Shown one piece after another: positions 22,677 through 36,050 of a DNA stretch of 64,000 nucleotides. The translations under genes were made by a program, and so were the position numbers. The notes below the pieces were generated by a model. The model worked only from the letters and a program-made list of their open reading frames with translations, had not been told where the DNA came from and did no database searches. Within the stretch, counting starts at the first letter, position 1. Every line of letters starts with the position of its first letter. This DNA comes from Marsupella aquatica (lineage: Eukaryota > Plantae > Marchantiophyta): positions 8,019,539 to 8,083,538 of the forward strand of contig OZ316896.1 of the NCBI GenBank assembly GCA_973895155.1. Direction: 5' to 3'.

Positions 22677-25600
22677 GTTTTGTCCCTTGTACGTGTAATG
22701 CAATTTTGCAAGGAAGATTTGCATACCTTGGAATTTGATTACTTGTGCTAGGAGTCTACCCCTCCTTCGTATGGTAATGCATGTTGCAATTACCGTAAGA
22801 AGTAAAACCCATAAAAATACAATTTGTGGAATGTATTAGAAGATCCGTTGGTTGGTGCCTAATCCAAACTACAACATATGTTGTCCATTTCTGTATTTAC
22901 ATGAAGGACTTATCTTTGGAAGATAAGTATTACATGTAATCAAGAAATAGAAATCTATATGTTAAGAAGTAGCGACATTCTTAATTCATGGATTTGAAGT
23001 ACCATTGTGGTATACTGAATGTGCATTAGTTTTCCTTTGGAATTGCGCATCGCTGAAAAAGGAAACATGTTGCCGGCATTTTAATGACACACTACTATAC
23101 ACACAATCTGAAACTTATCTTGGGTTTTGTGAGCTTAGACACTTCTTAAACTTAGATTTATGATAGAAACCTAGAGAGCAGTTATAGCAAGGTTATGTTT
23201 GACTTATCAACGTCTCAAATAATGCCATAGCTCTTTCTTAAGACATGGTGACGGAGGGGCATCACCACCGAGACTGGAAACAGGAAAATAGGATTTCTGT
23301 TAACAGGAAAATAGGAACTGTTACCAGTAAATATATGAAGTTTTTGGCCCTTTTTGATGGAAAGGTAAGACTTGATCGGGTTCCTTGCAACAACAAAATT
23401 CACATGCTGTCTCTGTAACTGAATTACTTGTCCACCATATATGCGTAAACCATAGAGTGGGTCCCACCATACACAGGCTACTGAGGCGAGGCACACTCCA
23501 AAAATACCAATCTTAAAATATCATCAGAATCGGTAAGGTACTATGTAATAGCGCTAGGCGCTAACAAAAAAACCAAGGGGTTTGAGATGAGACCAAATGG
23601 ATTGAACGGTGTTCATAAATAAATAATTAAGTACACTTCAATGAAGTGTGACCTGGAAGGCGAAGATTTATATCCCACGAGAAGAACTCAAATATAGGAA
23701 AGTTCACAAACGGAGATTCCAATCGCAAAGATAAGTACTGGAAAGCATTCAGACCATAATCAAACAAGATTCACTCAGAAAGGGACAAACTGAAGCTAGC
23801 GCCCGGCGCTAGCCATATGTTATAACAAAATGTGTATTGAAAATGACTATCTGATTTGGTATCATTGAAAAGATGTGAAAAGTTCCAATGCGACAAATCA
23901 GTTTGGAGCCGTTGAACGTTACTAAATGTCTAGTCTATAAGTCCAGAGAATTCTGCCTAGCTAGAATGAGCCTCACCTCACCTATAGTCAAAATTGGCTG
24001 ACTAGCCAAAGTTGAATCCACCACATCTAGTTGTAGGACGTTGGTATACACCCAATAGAGATGCTTGCACGGCATGAAGGGCCTGCCATGAGAATGGCGA
24101 CAATAGAAGTCCTCACAAGAACAACATGGGAAAATGCAAATCTGTACCCAATAAGTGTTTGCTGTGCAAAGTCTCTCTTGGGTTTGGATCTGAAATTGTT
24201 TGCCCCAAGAGTTCCCGACAGAAACATCAAATTGTTGAACGAGGGTCATCAACTCCTTGTTTGCGGATTCAATTCTTTTGTTGTGCCCTTGCAAAAGATT
24301 TGAACGTGGGATTGTATTTTTACCATTCCTGCTCCGAAGGCGGATATTTGGCTCAAGGAGATTGATTTTCTTCGAGAAAAGGTTCACATTGATTCGCAAG
24401 TCAAAAGGAGATGGAGCAGCCTAACGTCCGGCCTTTGGATTGATAGCAATCCCTTGCTGAGTCAGGAATTGGACCTCAGCCTCGGAAAGATTAGTTCCTT
24501 TCAAAACGGGCAGGCTATGAGGAAATGGGGGAAGATTCACCACATTACGATGGGGCCGGCTCTTATAGCATGCACTATTGGGACAAAACCAAATCATCTT
24601 AGGGTGTGGTTCTCCCCTGAACACGCGATATCCTTTGACAACAATGCCAATACACCATCCGTTGATGGGTAACCAACCTTTTTAAGGCGATTGCGACAGT
24701 CATCTCGATCCAATTTTCCACCAAGAGATCCATTACACTGAGGCCCTGCACCATGTCTTGTCACTCTTCGTAGGTGCCACGCCCCTGGTCGCACATCAGT
24801 CTCCAACACAGCTGAGTCATGGACAACCTTTTGGAGGTTGGGAGGTGCACTTTGCAGGGCTGCAGACGACCTTGTTGACCTCCTCCAGGGCGGAGTACTC
24901 CAATGACTGCCTTCTTCAATTTCACTTTCTGACAGGTCCACAACGCCAATGTCATGGTGAACAGGACCCAATGCAACGGGGGAGAATGTAGTCTTGTTTA
25001 AGTTTTTCCTTTTCATGCCTCGAGTATTTGGTGATGTTACAAGAATAGTGTCATGTCGATGGGAGTCTTGTGCCGAGATGTTCCCAGAGGCTTGACCTTT
25101 CCTCTTCATAGACTTTGTGGTAACATCCCATTGAGAGGGCCACTCCTTTCCAGGTCGAATTCAGCCGCACCGGAAAGAAGCATATTGGAAGCATCTTGGA
25201 AAAGTTTTGAAGAACCTGCCTGGTCTGCCGAACGGAATGCCAATTCCCAAATTGTAGGTTCGGTTCCTCGGTTAAGACCTCTCTTATACGCCGTATACGC
25301 AGCAACTTGTGAAAGAGCCCTATTTTGATCCATCTCACATGCTTCAAATAGACCAGCCTTTTTCTTAGTTTGCCAAGACTTCATTATGGAATGTGCCACC
25401 TCTGAAGTAGTACAATTAGGAATCATAGCGCTTTCCTCTACGCTTTTGTTCTACATAAAACATTTGGAGCATATGACTTAGTCATTGCATTCAATAAAGA
25501 AACATTTGAACCAAATCATTTTGTAAGGTTTTCGGGTTTAATTAATGCCAGCGCCTGGCGCTACCACCATTCACACTAGAATATAGACAAATATGAGTAA

Positions 25601-28600
25601 CAAGTGGTTAATAAAACTAGCGCCGGACGCTAGTATAAAAAATTGGGCAAATATTGGAGTGGAACTAGGACACAAAAGTCAGTGGAAATAATGATAGCGC
25701 CAAGCGCTAGTATGACTTTGTTTGATTCCTTCTTTTAAAATGTTGATTTCGAGTGTTTACTTGTTTATGGATGTTGAAACTCACGAAACGAATGAAATTT
25801 CCCCATTGACGCCATCGGACCACCCACCACGCAAGCCAACCTTGGAGCATCCGAAGCTTTCCTAGAACACAATTCCCTGATCTCCACCACACGTCAATTT
25901 CCCTGGAAATTCTGTAGGCTCCAAGAAATATTGACGCGTTCCTTAAAGAGTCCCACATCTTCCGGTGCTCTTCTCATTTTTCTTCCAATACTCCTTTAAT
26001 TGAATGACGATGAAACGATTGATAGAAGTGAAATGCATCCGATCGCTCCTTTTCCGGGTTAGGATGTCCACCAAAAAACACATTCCAAACAACATTCCAT
26101 CCAGCTTGAGCATTGTCAGCCATGAATCCATGGATTACTACGTTGTCTAACCCATTTTCATGGCAAACCTCAATCATCAATTTCCAGGCTTTTTCTAACG
26201 ACTCAGAATCTTCAGCTTTCAACTCACATGTGAAAATTGTGCAAAGAGCATGGTAATTGTGATCATAAACGTGAGTGCTAAAAGTTATCCAATCCTTGGT
26301 CATTCTCCTCATCACATCAAAACTAACCCACACGCCTTCTAGTCGACCTCCAGGTTGCATTTGGCGCAACAAATCAACTCCAGATCCATGCCCTTTTACC
26401 ATCATTTTGAAAATATGTGGCCTCTCCTCCTTACAGCCTTGACCTGGGAGCATGTAACGTTGTAGAAAGGGAAAGTTTATGCATTTTTGCATTTCCACAA
26501 GAAACTCTAACTCACCTTTACCTTTTTGGTCTTGCCGAACACTCCAAAAAAGAGATGCAAACTTTTGAGGGGTCGAAACAACCATTAACGACTCCCAAAT
26601 TTCTCTTTCCTCCAATTCTCCGATGTCATTGTTGGACACACAGAGAGCCTTCCTTAAAGATCCAGTTATGGCATTCTTCATACCCGATGGTGTGGCACAC
26701 AGTGTAGCTTCATGTTGCTTCTTTATGAACTCATGAGCAATCTTTTCTGCACCTCGAGAAAAAACTTTACGACTGGGATGCGCATGAGTTCCAACATGCA
26801 CAGCAAGACGCGATATATGTTTACATGTATCCGCGTCGAGAAGTAATTGCGGGTACATATAAAAAAGCATTGTTGAACAAGCTTCAGTACAAAAGGGCAA
26901 TTGTTGGCAGTAGTGACAAACTACCCCACCCTCCTCAATAATCTTTCCCACGGTATGTGGCCCTGCAAGTTTGGGTGTCCCATCCCAAGATTTTGAATTT
27001 CTTCTTTTCTTCCGCAACAGATAATCACATTTCTGATTTCGACATTCGAGTGCACCGGTACACGTCACTTCACCAAATTCCCAAAAAAATTTAGGTTGGA
27101 CATTCGCAGAAGTTGGAAATATCCGTGTCCAGAAGTAGCAGTCTTTAGGCTGGTCCATGTCACGGAGCCTCAAACCTTTTGATAGCAGACCTTCTACGGG
27201 AGGCAATTCAAACACAACATTTCCATTGTATTTACTTGGTAGACAATTCACCTGCTCATGCCTGAAATCACTTGTTCAGATGAACCACGATAGTTCACTA
27301 TGGCCAGTTGATTTGAGAATGGCATCCATCGCACTTCGGCGGTACACAACACCCCCCGAAACATTTGGCTCGGAAGGAGAGTGACCTTCTATCTTGATAG
27401 AAGGCCCTGGATTGGCCGATGTCTGCAAATCTACGGCAACCTCCTCCTCATCACTCTCGGAAAGGTCAATGAATGGAACTGGATGTACTTCATTCAGAAC
27501 AGAATGTTGTCTGTCACACCATTGTAGGTAGTGTTAGAGTGTATCATACTATCTAGATCCATATGTTTGGTATGTGTGCTATATATGAGCCGATAAGGTT
27601 CCGTCAGGTTTGTGTGAGAGGGTACTTCTCACTTGTGAGGCATTGAAAGGTCATCTTTCAATGTTGAGCCTTGGAGAGAGAGGAGCTTGAGTGTGGCTAT
27701 GGTGGCTGTGAGCTCCGCTTGTGTAACGTGGATTCCTCGAGTAGTGCAAGGTGCGTTGGCTTGACATACGTGTGTGATCGGATCGGTGCGGGATCAAGGG
27801 GGTATTGTTGACCGGGATCGTTGTGCCGATTGTAGCGAGATTACATTGAAAGATCAGGCATCGGACTCTGCTGTTGTTGGACAGAGTTTCAATTTTCAGT
27901 TTGATTGTGTTCGACAATGGTTCGTGGTATCTCGGATCGTGCATCGTATTGCTTGATTGGATCGCCGGTATGTGGATCCAAGTTGAGATTGTGTGAGTTT
28001 CATTCTTGAGCGGATCTGGAGTGGAGGTTCGCCAGATCTGTAGCCTGTCTGTGGCTCTAAGCGTTTGTGTACCGATTGGCTGCAACTAGATCGAGTGTTG
28101 TGCTCTATGAATGTTCGATCTGCTGATTTGCGATCAGATAGTGTGTTGTTGTCGCCCGCATGTGAAGGGATCGATCCGACAAATGTGAAGGGATTGGATC
28201 TGTAGCCGAAGACCAATGCACTCCGCACATTGAACCTGCGTTTCTCAGAAGGGAATGACTATTGCATGTTGCCGAATCTGGCTCCAATGGTTTCACAAAG
28301 GGACGCGGCGCTAAGTGTAACCGAGACAGCTGTCGAGTAGGAGCGACAACCACATTTTTGTGAAGGAAATGACTGTTACATGTTGCTGATTTGGCGGTGC
28401 GGACTGTACGTGTTGGCGCTGATCCGAAGCGACCGTCATGCACCAATCCGGAAGCAGCCACCCGCCAGGAACATTGATGCATTTTGTGAAGGTGAAGTTT
28501 GAATGTCGCCAAATCTGAAAGTCGGTCTGGCGCAGCGTTTGAACAGACGTCGATGCTGTCACGACGGATTGCACGCTGCCACGCCGCTACTGTGCATTTT

Positions 28601-29387
28601 GCGAAGGGAAACAGAGGGCGTAGTGGGCGTGAAGGGCCCACTCTTTGGCTCATCTCGGCGCTTGGAGGCTTCGAGGTAACTCGTGGTTACTCGGGACGTG
28701 AGGGCGGAGCAGGCGGGCCAGCTTGCTGGTACATGAAGAGTAGTTTGCAAGCTGCTGATTTTGGAGCGGCCAATTTGGTGCATAAGTACAAGTGAGAGGT
28801 CACCCATCCCAAAGCTATTCCTTCCCCATGCGCTTAACTATGTGGTTCTTAAGTGCTCTTGTGTACACACACTCCTTTCCACTTTGATGTTAATGGAATG
28901 AGCACTTAGGCATTTTATACACATACTAGTTTGTTTAGATTGTCATTTTGGGGCAAATCATAAGCTCCCTTAAGGTTTTTGATGCTTCTGAATCCATCTA
29001 GATGCATGGATTGAACCAATTGAGCATGGATCCTTAACTACGACATTGAACATTGAGAGGCCTATTATGAAGGCCCCACATTGAACATTATAAACATTGT
29101 TTGATTGATGTATGATAACTATTGATGTGGAGAGTTATTGTGGATCTCTTCTTGTTGATTGGATTCTCTCCACATATGCGCCATGTTTATGCGCCATGTT
29201 AGTTTGGCGTGGGCGCTTGATTCTATAGGAGTGATCCGGGTTTGCAACCAGACATTCTAGTTGTGCTACATATTTCTCTCCTGGTGATGTTGGAGTGATG
29301 CCCAACACACCATGGTGAGTGCTTGTGTTGCTGACAGGGACAGATTGCCCTTAGGGTTAGCATATAGATTAGGTTAGGTTGGTCACC

Positions 29388-31753
29388 ATGGATTCTTCTA
29401 GTGCTGCTGGGTTATCCAAAGGACGACGGACCGGTTTCACTCGGAGTGGGGCATAGTTTCGGCCAGCGGCATTGGTAGCAGTCAGTAGTGCAACTTTAGA
29501 CAGTGATTCCGACGAGGACTCAGTCACCAGTTCTCCTCGTCATCAGGTGGTTGCACCTTTATTGTGGGATATGGAAGAGATGTACGGGGCTACAAAGGGC
29601 CCACGACGATACTCTGGTGCAGTTGGCACGATTGATCTGGATGACTTCATCCAGGAGTTTGATACGTGGTGCGATATGCAGACATTGCGTAACGCCACGT
29701 TGTTTACCCCTTTCATGGCATGGAAGGGATTATTTCAGCATTTGGAGGGGCCACCCATGGATGACTACCATGAGTTTCGGAAGGCTCATTTGGTTGAGAT
29801 TGAGGCATGGAGGCAGCATTGTTCGCCTAAGTACGTGTCCATCACCTATGGCACTAGTGCGGCTGCCCAACCCATTGCCACAGCCGCTGCTTCTTCTAGC
29901 AGCACTAGCCAGAGTGGCACACCATCCACCAGCAGCACTCCAGCAGCATCCACCACTACTCCTGCCGGTGTGATTGTGACAGGAACTGGAGTTGCACCAG
30001 CATTTAACCCTGTGGTGGAATTCTTTGAGGTACTGAAGCAGAACTATCAGGGTGTGAGAACTGATAAGTTGAAGGGTCTCTAGGAGTTCCAGCGCAAGAC
30101 TGGAGAGAGTCTACGTGAGGCATACACTTGTATGCGCAGATTGATCACTGTCACCAAGGGAGTGACAGAGGCTTAGGCAGTCCAGTTTTGGTATGCAATT
30201 CTAGACAGAGAATTGCAACGCAGAGTGAGAGATGTCACTTTGCTTAGGGATGCAGATCCCACATTAGCAGTTGTTTTTACCCTTTCTGAGTGCATTGAGC
30301 TCAATATGGTGAATGAGAAGGTGGTGACTTCCGGATTTGCCAAGGAAGCACCAAAAGCTGCATCTACATCCACACCACAGCCTACTGCACGAGAGTCTAC
30401 CAGCCAGAGATCTGTGCCTTCTTATGGTGGACAGCAGTCAAGATATTGGACCTGTGGTGGGGATCATGCACAGAGAGATTGTCCAGATCATAGAGGATCA
30501 GGGGGAGCATCAGCGCCTGATCAGTGATAGTGTGATCACTGTGGAGCTCCTGGACACACCAAGGATAGGTGTTTCTCACTCCACCCTAAGTTACGGAGGG
30601 GAGGATCCCGTACACATGATCAAGGAAGAGGAGGAGGAGGTAGAGGTGGTGGACGTGGTCGTGGCCTGCCACATGCAGGGAGACAGGGAGGTGATGCTGC
30701 CCCTACTGTAACCATAGATCCAAAGGATGCTAAGATTGCTCAATTGGAGCAATAGCTAACTGCCATGGCTAGTTCCCAGGTGAGACCTACTTCTGGTGAT
30801 GGGGCATCTACATCCTATGGACCTTCCACATCCCATGGTCCTTCCACATCTTATGGAGCTGATGGAGACCTTGCCACCATGGGATTCATGTGCGGCACTG
30901 CACATATTGATGCATTAGCAGCGTTGACACGTGGGGCGCCAAAGCTCTTGAGCCCCGAGGAGCAATAGTGGAGTTAGATCCACAAAGGGGGGATGCACGT
31001 TGGCAGACAAAGCTTCCTCAGTCTTTTACATTGTCAAAGACAATTCAGACTGCCTCTATGAATCCGGTTCGGACAAACCCTGATGTGGGTAAGTCGGCAA
31101 AATCAGGTAGTGATGCAGCAGGGATGACAGGTACCCTGCTAGGGGCGGCTACTGCCATGGTACACACCCCATTATTTTCAGCGACAGACATGCTGAACTT
31201 GGGAGTTGGTCCTGCAGAAGTGTTCAGATTGGCAGCTACACTCTGTGAGGACACTCCAGTGGTTGCTTCCCATGCAGAAGCAGCTTGCAGTGTTGAAGTA
31301 GTGAAGACCATGCCACCTACTGCTACTAGTGAGACATGGCATGCAGCAGCAGCGAGGTTGGTGGATTTACCAGCACGCCCTGCATTTGAGAGGACTAGGT
31401 TTAAACCTAGTGTTGTATCATTGGATAATCGGAGTGGTATCTTCCGATTAGTTGGGCCTTATGGAGTAGTATACTAGCCAGAGAGGGTGTTATTGGATAC
31501 TGGTGCTCAACCCTTGATGTTGGGAAAGTTTGCCATACGTGGATTGGGATTGCGTCCAGAGGATTTGGAGGATTGTCCCTTTCCCATTCAGACTTCATTG
31601 GGGGGACCTACACCTACACAGCACATTACCAGGAGACCTCTTGATTTGAGGATTCAAGAAGGTCATACCATAGATAGCTCACAGATACAAGCGCGAGCTA
31701 TTCTGACTAAGGCAGAGTCATATGATGTGTTGGTGGGATGTACAGTGCTCTAG
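29388..31753 (+). pseudogene. Gag (two zinc knuckles) and aspartic protease
   Basis: YSGAVGTIDLDDFIQEF; YWTCGGDHAQRDC and CDHCGAPGHTKDRC (about 30444-30572); VLLDTGAQPL at 31487; many in-frame stops. Confidence 0.85.
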
Positions 31754-32073
31754 CCCATGGAATTTATTCTTGATTTTTGGGAGGAATCAGTGTCATATAG
31801 ACCTGATTGACAGTCAAGAGATGCTCGTTGAGCAAATTGCCAATGAGATTTAGTGGACCTATGGGAGGCCCTAAATCCACACCATTGTCTTTGGCAGCAT
31901 TCAGTGGTCTAATTGTTGGACCTGATGATTTGATTGAGGGTAATGCGCATGCAGCAGATGTTCCACCATTGGAGGAGTCTCATGAGGAGCACATCATGCG
32001 AGGATTACCTGTTGGTAGTGTTGTGTCACCAGTGTGGGGCACTGCACATGCCTTGCCATAGGCAGCAGCACGA

Positions 32074-33072
32074 TTGGTACATGATGCATGGCGTCATGCT
32101 TTTACACCACAGTCAGGAGCAGAGCAGTATCTTGCAGATGGACCTGTGACTCTTTCACCATTGGATACCACTCCTATTGCTTGGCAATATCCACAAGAGG
32201 GTATTTGTTTGTTGGATCTTTTTGGTGGGATTAGCATTGGATTGGCTGCTATCACTGGATTGGCTGCACGGAGGGTCTCATTGCGACATGTGGCTATGTT
32301 GGTGGATAGATATCCACAGTTGCTGCCAATGGATGCTGTTCGTGGTTATCAGCATGCACTACCTGCTGATATTTCATTGCTGGGGGCGGATCATCTACAT
32401 CATGTTGGCCCCATTGATTTGGTGATTGCTGGTTGGCCATGTCAGGGCCAATCTAGAGCTGGCGTTGGGCATGGACTTCATGATCCACGCTCTGCATTGT
32501 TTTGGGAGATGTTACGGGTGCTGCGTCATCTCCAGCTACATCAGACACAGCCTCCAACATACATTTTGGAGAATGTGCCATTGTTAGGTGATGATCGTAG
32601 TCGGATTGTTGCCAGTGTTTACCAGGTGAGGTCTTGGATTGGACCTGCTGTGTTATTGGATGCTGCACGTGTGGGTTCTCGTGCACATCGTCCATGCTTG
32701 TGGTGGACTAATTTTGATCCCATGTGAGGTGCTGAAGCGCGCATTTGACAGTATTCCACGCTCACCAGCCTTAGTGGTGGATGATATTTTGGATCCAGAG
32801 CGTCGTGCACAGGGTGTGACCCACCTTGATCGTCCTCCATTGGCAATGGTCAATGCAGTTGGGCGCCCACGTTGTGCATTACCCACTCTTGTAAGCCACT
32901 CTACTTCATATGCATTCAGAGCAGGTGGCCCTGGACTTGTGTGGGACACAGCTCTCCAGCAGTTAGTGGAACCTACTGCTGATGAGAGAGAGCGTGCTAT
33001 GGGATTTTTGACTGGCACCACTGCTGTTGCCTCTGTGTCAGAGGGTTTGCGGCGCCAGGTTCTTGGTCAAGC
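32074..33072 (+). pseudogene. DNMT3-like C5-cytosine DNA methyltransferase domain within pol
   Basis: Motif I LLDLFGGISIG, IV IAGWPCQ, VI ILENV, VIII SRAHRPCLWWTN, IX-X ERERAMGF...RRQVLGQA; frameshift near 32720. Confidence 0.9.
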
Positions 33073-33166
33073 TGGACAGATTGTTGAGCAAGAAGGGATT
33101 GCTCAATCTACTGCTAAATAGCAATCATCGGCTATCTCTTCTACCCTACAAAGAGATATTAGGGAT

Positions 33167-34275
33167 TTGGTGGAGAGTTGGAAACCACAGCTTGGCCCTA
33201 AGTTGACAGGGGAGGAGAGACGTCGCATGCATCGATTCCTGAAGAGTTACTGGAATTGTTTTGCATTTAGCATGAAGGATTTGGGGACATTAAAGGGTCC
33301 TGGTATTCAGATTGAATTGGCTAGTGATGCGCCAATCTTTCGTAGGCCATACCATTACAGTGACATGGAGAGAGCTCTGATTCAAAGCAGAACTCAAGAT
33401 TTGTTGGAGGCTAGATTGGTGGAGATTTCATATGGGGAGTATGCATCTGCCACAGTGATGCCAGCCAAGAAGGATGTGCATGGCAATTACAGAGATAGGC
33501 GCATGTGTGGTGATTACAGACCCATTAATCGCCAGACAAAATCTGATAGATATGCCATGCCCACACCTGAGGAGATCTTTGATGCTGTGGGGTATGCAAA
33601 GGTTTTCAGTTCATTGGATCTGAGGGCAGGGTACCATCAGCTTCCAATTAGGCATGCTGACAGGTCCAAGACAGCATTCTGGGGGATTGATTCTTATGGC
33701 AAAAATTGTTTGTATCAGTGGTTATTCTTACCATTTGGGTTGAAGAATGCACCAACTGAGTTCCAGAGAGTCATGGATCGAATCCTTGCAGGTTTGGATT
33801 TTGTCAGATGTTATATTGATGATATTTTGGTCTATTCTTCTACTGTGGAAGAACATCAGTAGCACTTGCAGACTGTGTTAGAGAGATTGAGAGCACATGG
33901 GTTGAAGCTCCATCCTAGCAAGTGTAAGTTCTTCCAAGACCAGATTGAGTATTTGGGCCACACTATATACCCAGGGGAATTGGGTGTACAGCAGACTAAA
34001 GTGGAGGCCATTACACAGATTCCTTGTCCTATTGATGTGAGTAGAGTTCGTGCATTCTTGGGATTGGCGAGCTATTACAGGAGGTATGTTAAAGGATTTA
34101 GCCAGCTTGCTAAACCTTGACCATACTCACTAAGTTGGATCAGGAATGGATTTGGGGTGATGACCAGGAGCATGCCTTTAAGGAGTTGAAGCAAAGGTTG
34201 GCATCATCCCCTATTTTGAGAAGACCCATTTCAGCTACACACTGATTGGAGTGGAGTAGGACTTGGAGCAGTGTT
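33167..34275 (+). pseudogene. Gypsy reverse transcriptase and start of RNase H
   Basis: RMCGDYRPIN, FSSLDLRAGYHQ, LPFGLKNAP, YIDD, VRAFLGLASYYRRYV. Confidence 0.95.
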
Positions 34276-34649
34276 GGGGTACACAACATCATCAGTTATT
34301 AGTGGCTGATAACTGACATCAGTTGCTGATATCAGTTATCTCAAAAATTTTAGAATCTCAGTTGAGGAGTTGAGAAGGGCCTTCGAACTTCCGCTCATCT
34401 CAGCTGGGCAGCCGAGGTTGATTCAATCTCGGCTGACCTCGGCGAGATGGGCGTACGGACCAAAAATAAAATAAAAAATAAAAAAACCAAAAAAATTTCC
34501 CGAAAAAAAAACATTTTGAAAAAAAAAAATTGAAATTTTTTTCCCCATCTCAGCTGGCCTCGCCGAGATGGGGCGTACGGACCGAAAAAAAACGTGGAAA
34601 AAAAAAACCAAAAATTTTCCCAAAAAAAAATTTGAAACAAAAATTTTTG
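34276..34649. other. Foreign A-tract-rich fragment replacing most of the RNase H (probable truncated MITE-like insertion)
   Basis: Abrupt loss of pol similarity; starts GGGGTACACAAC; duplicated CATCTCAGCTGG...CGAGATGGGCGTACGGACC. Confidence 0.55.
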
Positions 34650-36050
34650 GATTCTATTGTTGGCAGTGTTGATGCCAAAGAACGTGACAGGGTTCTACAG
34701 AGAGCCAAGAGGTTTCGATGGGAGGGAAACCATCTTTTGAGAGTACTGCATGATGGTAGGGTGTTGGTGGTACCAAAACCATCACAACGAGTACATTTGG
34801 TGCAACATGCACACGAGGAGTTGGGGCACTTTGGTGTGAAGCGCACTTATAGCTTGCTACAGGCACAGTATTGGTGGCGTGGTATGCACACTCATGTCCA
34901 ACAGTTGATAGCTAAGTGTGTGGTATGTGATAGAGTGAGGGCATCATTTAATGCTCCCACTCCCCAGTTGCATCCGTTGCCGATCATGGGTTTGGGATAT
35001 CGTTGGAGTTTGGATTTTGCTGGTCCATTATCTCTCACCCAACGTCATAATCGGTATGTTTTGGTCATGGTGGAGCACTTCTCCAAGTGGATTGAGCTAG
35101 TGGCGTTGCCCGATAAAGCTAGTGGAGGAGTTGCTGCTACATTTTTGGATCGTGTACTTAGTCATTTTGGAGCACCAGCTGAGGTGTTGACTGATCAGGG
35201 AACTGAGTTCCGTGGAGAGTTTGAGATTTTGTGTGAACAAGCTCTGATTGATCATCGTACTACCTCTTGTGATCATCTTGAGGCAGATGGATTAGCTGAG
35301 AGAGTTGTGCAAACTGTGAAGAGAGGATTGCGTAAGTATGGCTTGCAGGTTGGTCATTTGGGAGATTGGGATCTCCAGCTATCTTGGTTAGCTATGGGCT
35401 ACCGTTTCAGTCGGCAAGCATCACTTGCATCCTTCTCACCTTACTTTTTGCTCTATGGTAGAGAGCCAGATTTGCCAGCAGCTATTCATCGTCATGCTGC
35501 ACCAGTTGTGAACTTGGATGATCCTGATGTTTGAGTCAAGGTGTGTTCAGAGAGAGCACGGGTATTTCAGAGAGTGATGCCCATGGCTTTTGACAACCTT
35601 GCCATTGCCCAACATTGTGATACTTTGAGGTATGCCACTATTCGTGGAGGAGGTTACCGTGCAAGCATTCGACGATTTCATCCTGGTGATTATGTTTATT
35701 TACAGCAGACAGCACCCACGACACTTGATGTGACCGCAGGCCAGACAATCTTACGTGTGCGTGAAGTGTTGCCTTCTGGTGTCCTGATGTTGGAGGGAAG
35801 CGATGGTATGGTTTGGAAGGATCATGTGCGCAACTGTGCACCATGTCACCTTCCCAACATTGATGGTACAGTAGATCCAAGCTTGGCACATGTTCGTGCT
35901 GGCTTGAAATGTATGTTGTGTGGATCTGCTCAGGGAGCAGCTACTATGTTGATTTGTGATAAGTGTTCTAGAGGATGGCACATGTCATGTTTGACACCAC
36001 CATTGCAGGTGATTCCTAGTGGATCATGGTTGTGTCCTCAGTGTCGGTGA
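34650..36050 (+). pseudogene. Integrase (HHCC, DDE) with C-terminal PHD finger
   Basis: HEELGH...CVVC, WSLDFAGP, LTDQGTEF, GLAERVV; PHD CMLC...ICDKC...WHMSC...WLCPQC; one stop at 35532-35534. Confidence 0.93.

Noticed and set aside
34395-34650. Phe-rich ORFs and the Lys-rich start of ORF 34530
   Set aside because: Translations of the A-tract insertion, not part of the integrase.
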